From Eledone cirrhosa (Eukaryota), in assembly GCA_964016885.1 (NCBI GenBank), contig OZ024746.1:10416001-10480000 (forward strand): a stretch of DNA of 64,000 nucleotides. Direction: 5' to 3'. The first letter of the stretch is position 1. The number at the start of each line of letters is the position of its first letter. Position numbers and translations under genes: made by a program. The notes below the pieces were generated by a model that saw only the letters and a program-made list of their open reading frames with translations, was not told where the DNA came from and did no database searches. Shown piece after piece: positions 12,680 through 27,100 of this stretch.

Positions 12680-13067
12680 GGGTGACCACTAAAACACTGA
12701 TCTTGATTATCGCATTGATGTTTGCTGAGCAACAAAGGGGTCATATATCGAGTGTCTATGATATCAAGCAATACCACATGAAATTTTGTTAGTTTATGCG
12801 ACTGTAGGCACCAATCATCATCATCATTTTACGTCCGCTTTTCCCAGGCACAAAACCAAACTGCATCTCATCTAGTTTGACCCTTTCTCTAATTAGTTGT
12901 GCTAATATCCTTTCTGCCACTTTCATAACCTGATCCATCAGTTTTATACCCCTATAATTGCCCCTCTCCAGAGCATCCCCTTTACCTTTGTAGCAACATT
13001 GTAAGAATATCCATTTAAGTTTTCATATAAGTATTTGAAATCAAGGAGTGTTTTTGTGGTAACTCTG
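12678..13067. mobile_element. Tc1/mariner-like MITE containing an internally deleted RTE fragment (12814-13000)
   Basis: Imperfect TIRs CAGGGTGACCACTAAAACAC / GTGTTTTTGTGGTAACTCTG followed by TA. Confidence 0.65.
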
Positions 13068-14093
<1,026 letters not shown>

Positions 14094-14155
14094 TAAAATA
14101 TTAAAAAAATAATGAATAAAACAATGAAACAGTTCCTTATATTAAACAAAAAAAG

Positions 14156-14310
14156 TTCATTATTTAACGATCGTTTCTAGGATATATATGTGTTAGAATT
14201 GGTATGCATATTCAACAGATCTATGTACAAAATTATACAAAATTATACAAACTATCAAAATTAAATATACATACCAAACACATATATATGCCGTCTTCAG
14301 AAATAATGAA
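14156..14310 (-). ncRNA. Type-I hammerhead ribozyme with ~115-nt stem II
   Basis: Minus strand reads TTCATTATTT-CTGAAGA-[long hairpin]-GAAAC-GATC-GTT|AAATAATGAA. Perfect 10-bp stem I, palindromic stem III AACGATCGTT, predicted GUU cleavage between 14166 and 14165. Confidence 0.8.
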
Positions 14311-14321
14311 ATAATTTATCT

Positions 14322-14526
14322 ACATATATATATATGTATATATATGTATGTATATATATGTATATATATGTATGTATATATATGTATATATATGTATATA
14401 TATATATGTATATATATGTATATATATATATATGTATATATATGTATATATATGTATATATATATATGTATATATATGTATATATATATATGTATATATA
14501 TGTATGTATATATATGTATATATATG

Positions 14527-14563
<37 letters not shown>

Positions 14564-14903
14564 GTATATATATGTATATATATGTATATATATATATATG
14601 TATATATATGTATATATATATGTATGTATATATATGTATATATATATGTATGTATATATATGTATATATATGTATATATATATATGTATATATATGTATG
14701 TATATATATGTATATATATGTATATATATATATGTATGTATATATATGTATATATATGTATATATATATATGTATGTATATATATGTATATATATGTATA
14801 TATATATATGTATGTATATATATGTATATATATATGTATATATATGTATATATATGTATATATATATATGTATATATATGTATATATATATATGTATGTA
14901 TAA

Positions 14904-14936
<33 letters not shown>

Positions 14937-14985
14937 TGTATATGTATGTATATATATATGTATATATATGTATGTATATATATGT

Positions 14986-15025
<40 letters not shown>

Positions 15026-15087
15026 GTATATATATGTATATATATGTATGTATATATATGTATATATATGTATGTATATATATGTAT

Positions 15088-15127
<40 letters not shown>

Positions 15128-15138
15128 GTATATATATG

Positions 15139-15171
<33 letters not shown>

Positions 15172-15493
15172 GTATGTATATATATGTATATATATATATG
15201 TATGTATATATATGTATATATATATGTATATATATGTATATATATATATGTATATATATATATGTATATATATGTATATATATATATGTATATATATGTA
15301 TGTATATATACATATGTATGTATATATATGTATATATACATATGTATGTATATATATGTATGTATATGTATGTATATATATGTATATATACATATGTATG
15401 TATATATATGTATGTATATGTATGTATATATATATATGTATATATATGTATATATGTATATGTATATATGTATATATATATATGTATATATGT

Positions 15494-15525
<32 letters not shown>

Positions 15526-15538
15526 GTATATATATATG

Positions 15539-15587
<49 letters not shown>

Positions 15588-15614
15588 GTATATATATATG
15601 TATGTATATATATG

Positions 15615-15647
<33 letters not shown>

Positions 15648-16044
15648 GTATATATATATGTATATATATATATATATGTATATGTATATATATGTATATA
15701 TATGTATATATATATGTGTATATATATATGTGTATATATATATGTGTATATATATATGTATATGTATATATATGTATATGTATATATATGTATATATATA
15801 TATATGTATATGTATATATATGTATATGTATATATATATATATGTATATGTATATATATGTATATGTATATATATATATGTATATGTATATATATATATG
15901 TATGTATATATATATGTATATGTATATATATATATGTATGTATATATATATGTATATGTATATATATGTATATGTATATATATGTATATGTATATATATG
16001 TATATGTATATATATGTATATGTATATATATGTATATGTATATG

Positions 16045-16103
<59 letters not shown>

Positions 16104-16140
16104 GTATATGTATATGTATATATATATGTATATATATATA

Positions 16141-16175
<35 letters not shown>

Positions 16176-16744
16176 ATATATGTATATATATATATGTATA
16201 TGTATATGTATATATATATGTATATATATATGTATATGTATATATATATGTATATATATATATATATGTATATATGTATATGTATATATATGTATATATG
16301 TATATGTATATATATGTATATATATATGTATATATATATATGTATATATGTATATGTATATATATGTATATATGTATATGTATATGTATATATATGTATA
16401 TGTATATGTATATATATGTATATATATATGTATATATATATATGTATATATATATATGTTTATATGTATATATATATATGTATATATATATATGTTTATA
16501 TGTATATATATATATGTATATATATATGTTTATATGTATATATATATATGTATATATATGTTTATATGTATATATATATATGTATATATATATATGTATA
16601 TATATATATGTATATATATATGTATATATATATATGTATATATATATATGTATATATATATATGTATATATATATATGTATATATATATGTATATATATA
16701 TATGGATATATATATATGTATATATATATATGGATATATATATG

Positions 16745-16809
<65 letters not shown>

Positions 16810-17240
16810 GTATATATATATATGTATATATATATATGTATATATATATATGTATATATATATATGTATATATATATATGTATATATATATATGTATATA
16901 TATATATGTATATATATATATGTATATATATATGTGTATATATATATGTATATATATATATATGTGTATATATATATGTATATATATATATATGTGTATA
17001 TATATATATGTGTATATATGTGTATATATATATATGTGTATATATATGTATATATATATATGTGTATATATATGTATATATATATATGTGTATATATATG
17101 TATATATATATATGTGTATATATATGTATATATATATATGTGTATATATATGTATATATATATATATGTGTATATATATGTATATATATATATATGTGTA
17201 TATATATGTATATATATATATATGTATATTTATATATATA

Positions 17241-17317
<77 letters not shown>

Positions 17318-17346
17318 ATGTATATTTATATATATATATATGTGTG

Positions 17347-17423
<77 letters not shown>

Positions 17424-17444
17424 GTGTATATATATGTGTATATG

Positions 17445-17535
<91 letters not shown>

Positions 17536-17966
17536 GTATATATATATATGTATATATATATATGTATATATATATATGTATATATATATATGTATATATA
17601 TATATGTATATATATATATGTATATATATATATGTATATATATATATGTATATATATATGTGTATATATATATGTATATATATATATATGTGTATATATA
17701 TATGTATATATATATATATGTGTATATATATATATGTGTATATATGTGTATATATATATATGTGTATATATATGTATATATATATATGTGTATATATATG
17801 TATATATATATATGTGTATATATATGTATATATATATATGTGTATATATATGTATATATATATATGTGTATATATATGTATATATATATATATGTGTATA
17901 TATATGTATATATATATATATGTGTATATATATGTATATATATATATATGTATATTTATATATATA

Positions 17967-18043
<77 letters not shown>

Positions 18044-18072
18044 ATGTATATTTATATATATATATATGTGTG

Positions 18073-18149
<77 letters not shown>

Positions 18150-18170
18150 GTGTATATATATGTGTATATG

Positions 18171-18241
<71 letters not shown>

Positions 18242-18242
18242 G

Positions 18243-18276
<34 letters not shown>

Positions 18277-18426
18277 TATGTGTATATATATGTATATATA
18301 TATATATATGTGTGTATATATATATATATATGTATATATATATGTGTATATATATATATGTATATATGTATATATGTATATGTATATATATATATATGTA
18401 TATATATATATGTATATATATATATG

Positions 18427-18457
<31 letters not shown>

Positions 18458-18517
18458 GTATATATCATCATCATCATCACCGTTTTACGTCCGTTCTTCC
18501 ACGCTAGCATGGGTTAG

Positions 18518-18549
<32 letters not shown>

Positions 18550-18568
18550 GTATATATATGTATATATG

Positions 18569-18615
<47 letters not shown>

Positions 18616-18658
18616 GTATATATATATATGTATATATATATGTATATATGTATATATG

Positions 18659-18711
<53 letters not shown>

Positions 18712-18852
18712 ATATATATATATATGTATATATGTATATATGTATATGTATATGTATATATGTATATGTATATATGTATATGTATATATATATGTATATA
18801 TGTATATATATATATATATGTATATATATATGTATATATATATGTATGTATA

Positions 18853-18889
<37 letters not shown>

Positions 18890-19247
18890 GTATATATATG
18901 TATATATATATATATATGTATATATACGTATATATATGTATATATATATATATATGTATATATATGTGTATATATATATGTATATATATGTGTATATATA
19001 TATATGTATATATATGTGTATATATATATATGTATATATATGTGTATATATATATATGTATATATATATGTGTATATATATATATGTATATATATGTATA
19101 TATATGTATATGTATATATATGTATATATATGTATATGTATATATATGTATATGTATATACATATATATACATATATATACATATACATATATATACATA
19201 TATATATGTATATGTATATGTATATATATGTATATACATATATATAT
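14322..19247. repeat. Giant (TA)n/(TATG)n microsatellite, ~4.9 kb, with a short RTE tail inserted
   Basis: Direct reading. Confidence 0.97.
18466..18518 (-). mobile_element. Extremely 5'-truncated (~53 bp) copy of the young RTE
   Basis: (CAT)n-CACCGTTTTACGTCCGTTCTTCCACGCTAGCATGGGTTAGA, identical to 6766-6812 apart from a longer (CAT)n tail. Confidence 0.9.
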
Positions 19248-19328
19248 GCTTCTCTGATGATCGTTGCTTTTCCATTAATATCCTCGTGATATTTAATGTT
19301 TTGCACCGTGAAACTGTACAGTTAGGGC
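19248..19328 (+). ncRNA. Type-I hammerhead ribozyme candidate with extended stem II
   Basis: GCTTCT-CTGATGA(19254-60)-TCGTTGC..CATTAATATC/GATATTTAATG..GCACCGT-GAAAC(19310-14)-TGTACA-GTT|AGGGC. Palindromic stem III AACTGTACAGTT; short, G:U-rich stem I. Confidence 0.62.
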
Positions 19329-19446
19329 CATTTGAATAGGTAAATATTTATATTATATTTTTTAATTTTGATTAATTTTAATTGTATATTAATTTTGATT
19401 TATTTTGAAAAATTGGTTGAATTTTACTTGTTCTGCTTATCTCGAT

Positions 19447-19482
19447 ATATGTATATATATGTATATATATATATATGTATAT

Positions 19483-19542
<60 letters not shown>

Positions 19543-19581
19543 GTATATATATGTATATATATATGTATATATATATATGTG

Positions 19582-19644
<63 letters not shown>
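19447..19644. repeat. (TA)n microsatellite
   Basis: Direct reading. Confidence 0.95.
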
Positions 19645-20240
19645 CATCATCACCGTTTTACGTCCGTTCTTCTACGCTAGCATGGGTTAGACGGGTTGTC
19701 CTGTTGTAGGCAGTATTTGGTCGGCTGACCATGCCTTGCTCATACAGGAACTGATTTGGCTTGATTTCTACAGCTAGATGCCCTTCCTAACACCAACCTC
19801 ATTTACTGCGTGACGCCAGAGGTCACGGTCGTGTGTCATCGCCTTTGAGAGGTGTAATTGGGTAAGGTCGGCTTTTATCACCTCATCCCAGGTCATCTTG
19901 GGTCTCCCCACTCCGCGGTTTCCATCGACTTCTAGTGCTCTGCACGTTTTTATGCAGCTGTCATCCTTCATACGCATCACATGTCCCTACCAACGCAACC
20001 GCCTCTTCTGCACACAGCATTTGATTCCTCTTATGCTCAGTCTCTCTCTCAATTCATTTATGCTTTGTCGTTCGCGTATATTACTATTACACATCCATCG
20101 GAGCATGCAGGCTTCGTTTCTCTTTAATCAATGTAAGTCTTCCACCTTCAGTGCCCAGGTCTCACTACCATGTAACATTGCTGTTTGGATACACGCATCA
20201 TACAGTCTGCCTTTCATTTTGAGGGAGAAGCCTTTTGCAG
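19645..20240 (-). mobile_element. 5'-truncated RTE copy with an internal ~165-bp deletion
   Basis: Closely matches 6766-6927 joined to 7093-7526. Confidence 0.92.
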
Positions 20241-20244
20241 TATA

Positions 20245-20282
<38 letters not shown>

Positions 20283-20297
20283 TATATATATATCATA

Positions 20298-20501
20298 TAA
20301 GGGTCGTCTGAAAAGTTCATAGGCTGACTAAGATACTTTCATGGAATTACCACATGAGGTTTATTTTTCAATATTTCCAGTTCCTGGAAAGAAACAATGC
20401 AGTTATTTATAAGAAGAGCTGAAATTTTAATGTATGCAAGATTTCATAGCTTTAGCATCAGTCCTTTATAGTCAGCCAATGAACTTTTCAACTGACCCTC
20501 G
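20298..20501. mobile_element. mariner-like MITE
   Basis: TA|TAAGGGTCGTCTGAAAAGTTCATAGGCTGACT ... AGTCAGCCAATGAACTTTTCAACTGACCCTCG|TA; ~30-bp TIRs and TA TSD. Confidence 0.8.
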
Positions 20502-20739
20502 TATTTGAAACTTAGCTTGCGATTGTGTTTAAATAATTCTAACATTTGACACTAGGCCAGCAATTTGGGGAAGGGGGAAAGTTGATTATATTGACACCAG
20601 AACTTAACTGGTACTTTATTTATTGACCTTGGAAGGATGAAAGGCAAAGTTTACTTCAACAGGATTTGAACAAATATCGCTAAGTATTTGTCTGATGCTT
20701 AACAACTAATAATAATAATGGTCATAATAATAATAGTGA

Positions 20740-21215
20740 TTTCTTTATTAACACCAAAAGGTTTACCAAAAAAGACATTAAGGTCAGTGCAGGACAGTAC
20801 TGTGTGTAAAGAAAAACAAGAAATGATAACAAAAAGAAACTCACAATTAAAACAAAAAAATTCCCCCCAATAGCAGGGAAACCATCAAGGGTTACTTGTG
20901 GAGAAAGCCCACAAAAAGCCATGGTCACTCTGAGCGTTACAGCAAGTGCCCTTTCCAATACTACAGACCATACGTTTAAGGCAAGCCCATTCACCTGGAT
21001 TATTCTTGTCTCTCTCACCCACCTTTCAACAAAGTGGCTGGAAGACAGCACTTCCCTCTCCACCCTCATTTTCCTTTTCAGGTGAAACCCGAAAAAGTCA
21101 ATGGGAGCATCCCTGAAGAGGGAAGTGCCCGTCTTCAACCCTTTCACACACGGCCACCATGGCCACCAGGCAGATAAAAACAACCTTTCCTTCCTGGTTA
21201 AAGGAGGGTGGCAGG
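20740..21215 (-). mobile_element. 3' end of a Tx1/L1-like LINE (ORF2 C-terminus and T-rich 3' UTR)
   Basis: Peptide FFGFHLKRKMRVEREVLSSSHFVERWVRETRIIQVNG resembles Tx1-type ORF2 tails (from memory); AATAAA and (TTA)n at the 3' end. Confidence 0.55.
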
Positions 21216-21231
21216 GTGATAATAATAACAA

Positions 21232-21436
21232 TGGTTTCTACTGTAGGCACAAAGCCAGCAATTTTTGAGGGGAGTGGAAAGTCGATTAAATCGGTCGCAG
21301 TGCATTACTGGTACTTTATTTTATCGACCCCGTAAGGATGAAAGGCAAAGTTAACCTCAGCGGGATTTAAACTGAGAATGTAAAAGGCTGTAAATCATGT
21401 TTTCCAACTCTCTACTGACACTGCCACTCCGCCACC
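21232..21436 (-). mobile_element. tRNA-derived MetaSINE-like SINE
   Basis: Core CTGGTACTTTATTTTATCGACCCCGTAAGGATGAAAGGC; flanked by (TAA)n. Confidence 0.8.
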
Positions 21437-21631
21437 CTAATAATAATAATAAGAAGAAGAAGGCCTATCCTAATAATAATAAAATTTAGTTGAAATAATC
21501 AGTTCAACTAGTGCTTTTAATTCACCACTCCTGTTTAGCTGACAATACTAATTATCTAATGGTCGTTAAGGTTACAGCCATCTGATATAGCATTGCATGT
21601 ATATATATATAGTTATATATGTATATATACA

Positions 21632-21681
<50 letters not shown>

Positions 21682-21857
21682 TTGCACTACACAGCATCAT
21701 AGGCACATTTGTTGCAAATTTCAAGCCCAGAACAAAGTATTGTAGAGAAGCTGCTGTAGTTTTTAGTGCTTTTATTTTGTTGTTTTGTAAAAAGTTGCAA
21801 CATATCTATGAGTATATATGGTAGTCCCTAAGTATGGTAAATGACATTTGTCTTTTG

Positions 21858-21905
<48 letters not shown>

Positions 21906-23075
21906 CCTTGTCGATGATTCTATTATATACTCTAATTGCTCAGTCAGTAAGGCAAATTATCTGTCAGTTGTCTCTCTATTTCCAATATAGCAGTGATATG
22001 ATTCATGACTTCTACATTTTTGAGATGTTGTCCTACTTCTAGTATATATTTTTTTAAATTAAGTTTTTTTTTACATCCATTTTTCCATGCTTGCTTGGGT
22101 GGGATGGGATGGGATGATTTTTGTAGCATTTTATTTTTATAGCTGGATGCCTTTCCTACAGCTATATGTTCAATCATAAAGTATGGGGTGAAATTTGTTT
22201 TGTGTCACTTCCATAAATAGAAACAAGCAGTTAAATAAACCTTCTCAGGAACAGAGCTCAGTGGCTGTAATCTTAAAGTCTGAACTAATGGCCATGTGGC
22301 CTAATGGTAAAGGTGTTGAACTCATGATCATAAGGTTGTGGGTTCAATTTCTGGACATTATTTCCATTGAAATATCTAAGAAACCTTGTATGAGAGGAAT
22401 CCGCATCAGATGTTAGCTAACCTTGTATATGTGTGAGCTGTAAATTTCTATTTTTATTTAAAACAAAAAGTTGTGATCTGTTTGGCTTTCTGAATGGCAC
22501 ACTTTATGAAAAAATTACTTTGAATATCTTTAGTAGCATGCACTGTCTTATGATAAATCATATCTTATACAACCCACTGTTTGAAAAAGGTTGCCCTTGC
22601 CTGTTATATAATCGGTACATTTAGTTTTAAAATTGGAATTTTAAAAAATTTCTGAACATATATTATACTGAAGTTCATATTCATGAACCAAAGGTATAAT
22701 TACATTGAGCTTATATCTTTGTAAAATCATATATACTGTTTTATTTTTGTACCTAGTATTTGGGGTCTATTACTATTCATATCCAGTGGCAACCCTAAGA
22801 TTTGTTGGTTAGTTAGTAATGAAAGGATTAAACACATGCCTTAATTTTCATCGGCTTGCCAATACACTCCACCATAATAAATATTTATATAAGAAACTGC
22901 TACATGCTTTCTTTGAAAATGTTCCCCAAGAAAAATTTCTTTGTTCCCCTATCATTAAAACACCCAAGAGACCTATGACTTACAACATCAAAGGAGGCCA
23001 ACTAAACCTATGCAGGTGTAAGCTATAACAACATATATGTATATGTGTGTGTGTGTGTATACACACATATATATA

Positions 23076-23115
<40 letters not shown>

Positions 23116-23611
23116 TATATATATATATATATATATCCAAAATTAAAATTCAGGGTTGTCATGTCTGAGAGACATGCACCATATCCACTGTAGATATATA
23201 TATAGAGCGGCAAGAGAAGTGCATTGATGACAAGGGACCTTCTACAGTAAAATCTTCTTAATTTATTACTGCTCCAGCAACACCACCTTACAAAGTGGAC
23301 AGGGTGTTTTTTGTGGCACCTACTCTACCACTTTACCATGTGGGTTAGATATATATGCTCACTCTGTATTTTACTGTGGCACCCTCTTCAGTTTTCAACA
23401 GTGGAGCTTCCATAGAGCCTGCTCTCCTAAGATACTCACCAATGTTTTTCCATCTTTTAGAAGTTTGACAAAAGCAATGTAATTGTAATTGACATGAGGG
23501 TACCCTGTCTATAGTCTTCACCTGTGTCTCACTATTGGGTTGACCTGAGGCTATGATAGCAGACACCTACCCAAGCTTCTATGTTGTGGGATTTTACTCA
23601 GAACCTCATGA

Positions 23612-23827
23612 TTAACCCTTTAGCATTCACATTACTCTATATATACTATTGTATTTTCACAGAAAAGGGTTTAGCCCACATAATATCGAATCTATGAGAT
23701 TTTGATGTTATTTATTTTGAGAACAATACCTTAACATTAGTATGAGTGGCAAGTTACAACTGGTTTGAACAGAAAAAGGTGATAGAATTCTGGCCGGATA
23801 TGGCTGGTTTAAATGCTAAAGGCTTAA
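23612..23827. mobile_element. MITE family A
   Basis: TTAA|CCCTTTAGCATT ... AATGCTAAAGGC|TTAA. Confidence 0.85.
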
Positions 23828-24145
23828 TAAAAGGACTTGTTAACTATTTTCCATATATTTTTACATCAACCAAGGACCCACATTTTCAATGATTCAGTGA
23901 GATTTTCCAATTTTATATTTACATGTCCATGTTTCATAACTATTGTACTAACTTGAACAAATCAGCAGTCCACAAGATGGTTTTTAAAAAAATATATAAT
24001 TTTAGTAAAAACTATTTTGATACTCAAGAATATTTTTACTTTTTAGATATTGATTTTACCGTTTCTATTTTTCAAAGTTATCGTTATATCATCAATAATT
24101 ACTGCAGCAATGTGTCATTAAAAATAAGCTAAAATATATCGCATT

Positions 24146-27100
24146 CACACATGAAGGTAATGTGGTGTTCCAACATGTTCCTGGCTGTGACACATGAAGG
24201 TAGGGTGGTGTTCCAACATGTTTCTGACTGTGACACATGAAGGTAATGTGGTGTTCCAACATGTTTCTGACTGACACATGAAGGTAATGTGGTGTTCCAA
24301 CATGTTCCTGGCTGTGACACATGAAGGTAGGGTGCTGTTCCTCCATGTTCCTGGCTGTGACACATAAAGCTAGGGTGCTGTTCCTCCATGTTCCTGGCTG
24401 TGACACAAAGGTAATGTGGTGTTCCAACATGTTCCTGGCTGTGACACATGAAGGTATGGTGCTATTCCACCATGTTCCTGGCTGTGACACATAAAGGTAA
24501 TATGGTGTTCCACCATGTTCCTCATTGTGCTACATGAAGGTAATGTGGTGTTCCACCATGTTCCTGGCTGTGACACATGAAGGTAATGTGGTGTTCCACC
24601 ATGTTCCTGGCTGTGCTACATGAAGGTAAGGTGGTGTTCCACCATGTTCCTGGCTGTGACACATGAAGGTATGGTGCTGTTCCATCATGTTCCTGGTTGT
24701 GCTACATGAAGGTATGGTGCTGTTCCATGTTCCTGGCTGTGCTACATGAAGGTAATGTGGTGTTCCACCATGTTCCTGGCTGTGCTACATGAAGGTATGG
24801 TGGTGTTCCAACATGTTCCTGGCTGTGCTACATGAAGGTAATGTGGTTTTCCACCATGTTCCTGGCTGACACATGAAGGTATGGTGCTGTTCCACGTTCC
24901 TGGCTGTGACACATGAAGGTAGGGTGGTGTTCCACCATGTTCCTGGCTGTGACACGAAGGTAGAGTGGTGTTCCACCATGTTCCTGGCTGTGCTACATGA
25001 AGGTAATGTGGTGTTCTACCATGTTCCTGGCTGTGACACATGAAGGTAATGTGGTGTTCCAACATGTTCCTGACTGTGCTACATGAAGGTAATGTGGTGT
25101 TCCACCATGTTCCTGGCTGTCACACATGAAGGTAATGTGGTGTTCCAACATGTTCCTGACTGTGCTACATGAAGGTAATGTGGTGTTCCACCATGTTCCT
25201 GGCTGTGACACATGAAGGTAATGTGGTGTTCCCCTATGTTCCTGGCTGTGCTACATGAAGGTAATGTGGTGTTCCACCATGTTCCTAGCTGTGATACATG
25301 AAGGTAGCGTGGTGTTCCACCATGTTCCTGGCTGTGACACATGAAGGTAATGTGGTGTTCCACCATGTTCCTGGCTGTGACACATGAAGGTAATGTGGTG
25401 TTCCACCATGTTCCTGGCTGTGACACATGAAGTAGGGTGGTGTTCTAACATGTTCCTGGCTGTGATACATGAAGGTAGGGTGGTGTTCCAACATGTTTCT
25501 GACTGTGACACATGAAGGTAATGTGGTGTTCCAACATGTTCCTGGCTGTGACACATAAAGGTAATGTGGTGTTCCATGTTCCTGGCTGTGACACATGAAG
25601 GTAGGGTGCTGTTCCTCCATGTTCCTGGCTGTGATACATAAAGCTAGGGTGCTGTTCCACCATGTTCCTCATTGTGCTACATGAAGGTAATGTGGTGTTC
25701 CACCATGTTCCTGGCTGTGACACATGAAGGTAATGTGGTGTTCCCCTATGTTCCTGGCTGTGCTACATGAAGGTAATGTGGTGTTCCACCATGTTCCTGG
25801 CTGTGACACATGAAGGTAATGTGGTGTTCCAACATGTTCCTGACTGCTACATGAAGGTAATGTGGTGTTCCACCATGTTCCTGGCTGTGACACATGAAGG
25901 TAATGTGGTGTTCCAACATGTTCCTGACTGTGCTACATGAAGGTAATGTGGTGTTCCACCATGTTCCTGGCTGTGACACATGAAGGTAGGGTGGTGTTCC
26001 ACCATGTTCCTGGCTGTGACACATGAAGGTATGGTGGTGTTCCACCATGTTGCTGGCTGTGACACATGAAGGTAATGTGGTGTTCCACCATGTTCCTGGC
26101 TGTGACACATGAAGGTAGGGTGGTGTTCCACCATGTTCCTGGCTGTGACACATGAAGGTAGGGTGGTGTTCCAACATGTTTCTGACTGTGACACATGAAG
26201 GTAATGTGGTGTTCCAACATGTTCCTGGCTGTGACACATAAAGGTAATGTGGTGTTCCATGTTCCTGGCTGTGACACATGAAGGTAGGGTGCTGTTCCTC
26301 CATGTTCCTGGCTGTGACACATAAAGCTAGGGTGCTGTTCCACCATGTTCCTCATTGTGCTACATGAAGGTAATGTGGTGTTCCACCATGTTCCTGGCTG
26401 TGACACATGAAGGTAATGTGGTGTTCCAACATGTTCCTGACTGCTACATGACGGTAATGTGGTGTTCCACCATGCTCCTGGCTGTGACACATGAAGGTAA
26501 TGTGGTGTTCCCCTATGTTCCTGGCTGTGCTACATGAAGGTAATGTGGTGTTCCACCATGTTCCTGGCTGTGACACATGAAGGTAATGTGGTGTTCCACC
26601 ATGTTCCTGGCTGTGACACATGAAGGTAGGGTGGTGTTCCACCATGTTCCTGGCTGTGACACATGAAGGTAATGTGGTGTTCCACCATGTTCCTGGCTGT
26701 GACACATGAAGGTAATGTGGTGTTCCACCACGTTCCTGGTTGTGACACATGAAGGTAGGGTGGTGTTCCACCATGTTCCTGGCTGTGACACATGAAGGTA
26801 GGGTGGTGTTCCAACATGTTTCTGACTGTGACACATGAAGGTAATGTGGTGTTCCAACATGTTCCTGGCTGTGACACATAAAGGTAATGTGGTGTTCCAT
26901 GTTCCTGGCTGTGACACATGAAGGTAGGGTGCTGTTCCTCCATGTTCCTGGCTGTGACACATAAAGCTAGGGTGCTGTTCCACCATGTTCCTCATTGTGC
27001 TACATGAAGGGAATGTGGTGTTCCACCATGTTCCTGGCTGTGACACATGAAGGTAATGTGGTGTTCCAACATGTTCCTGGCTGTGACACATGAAGGTAAT

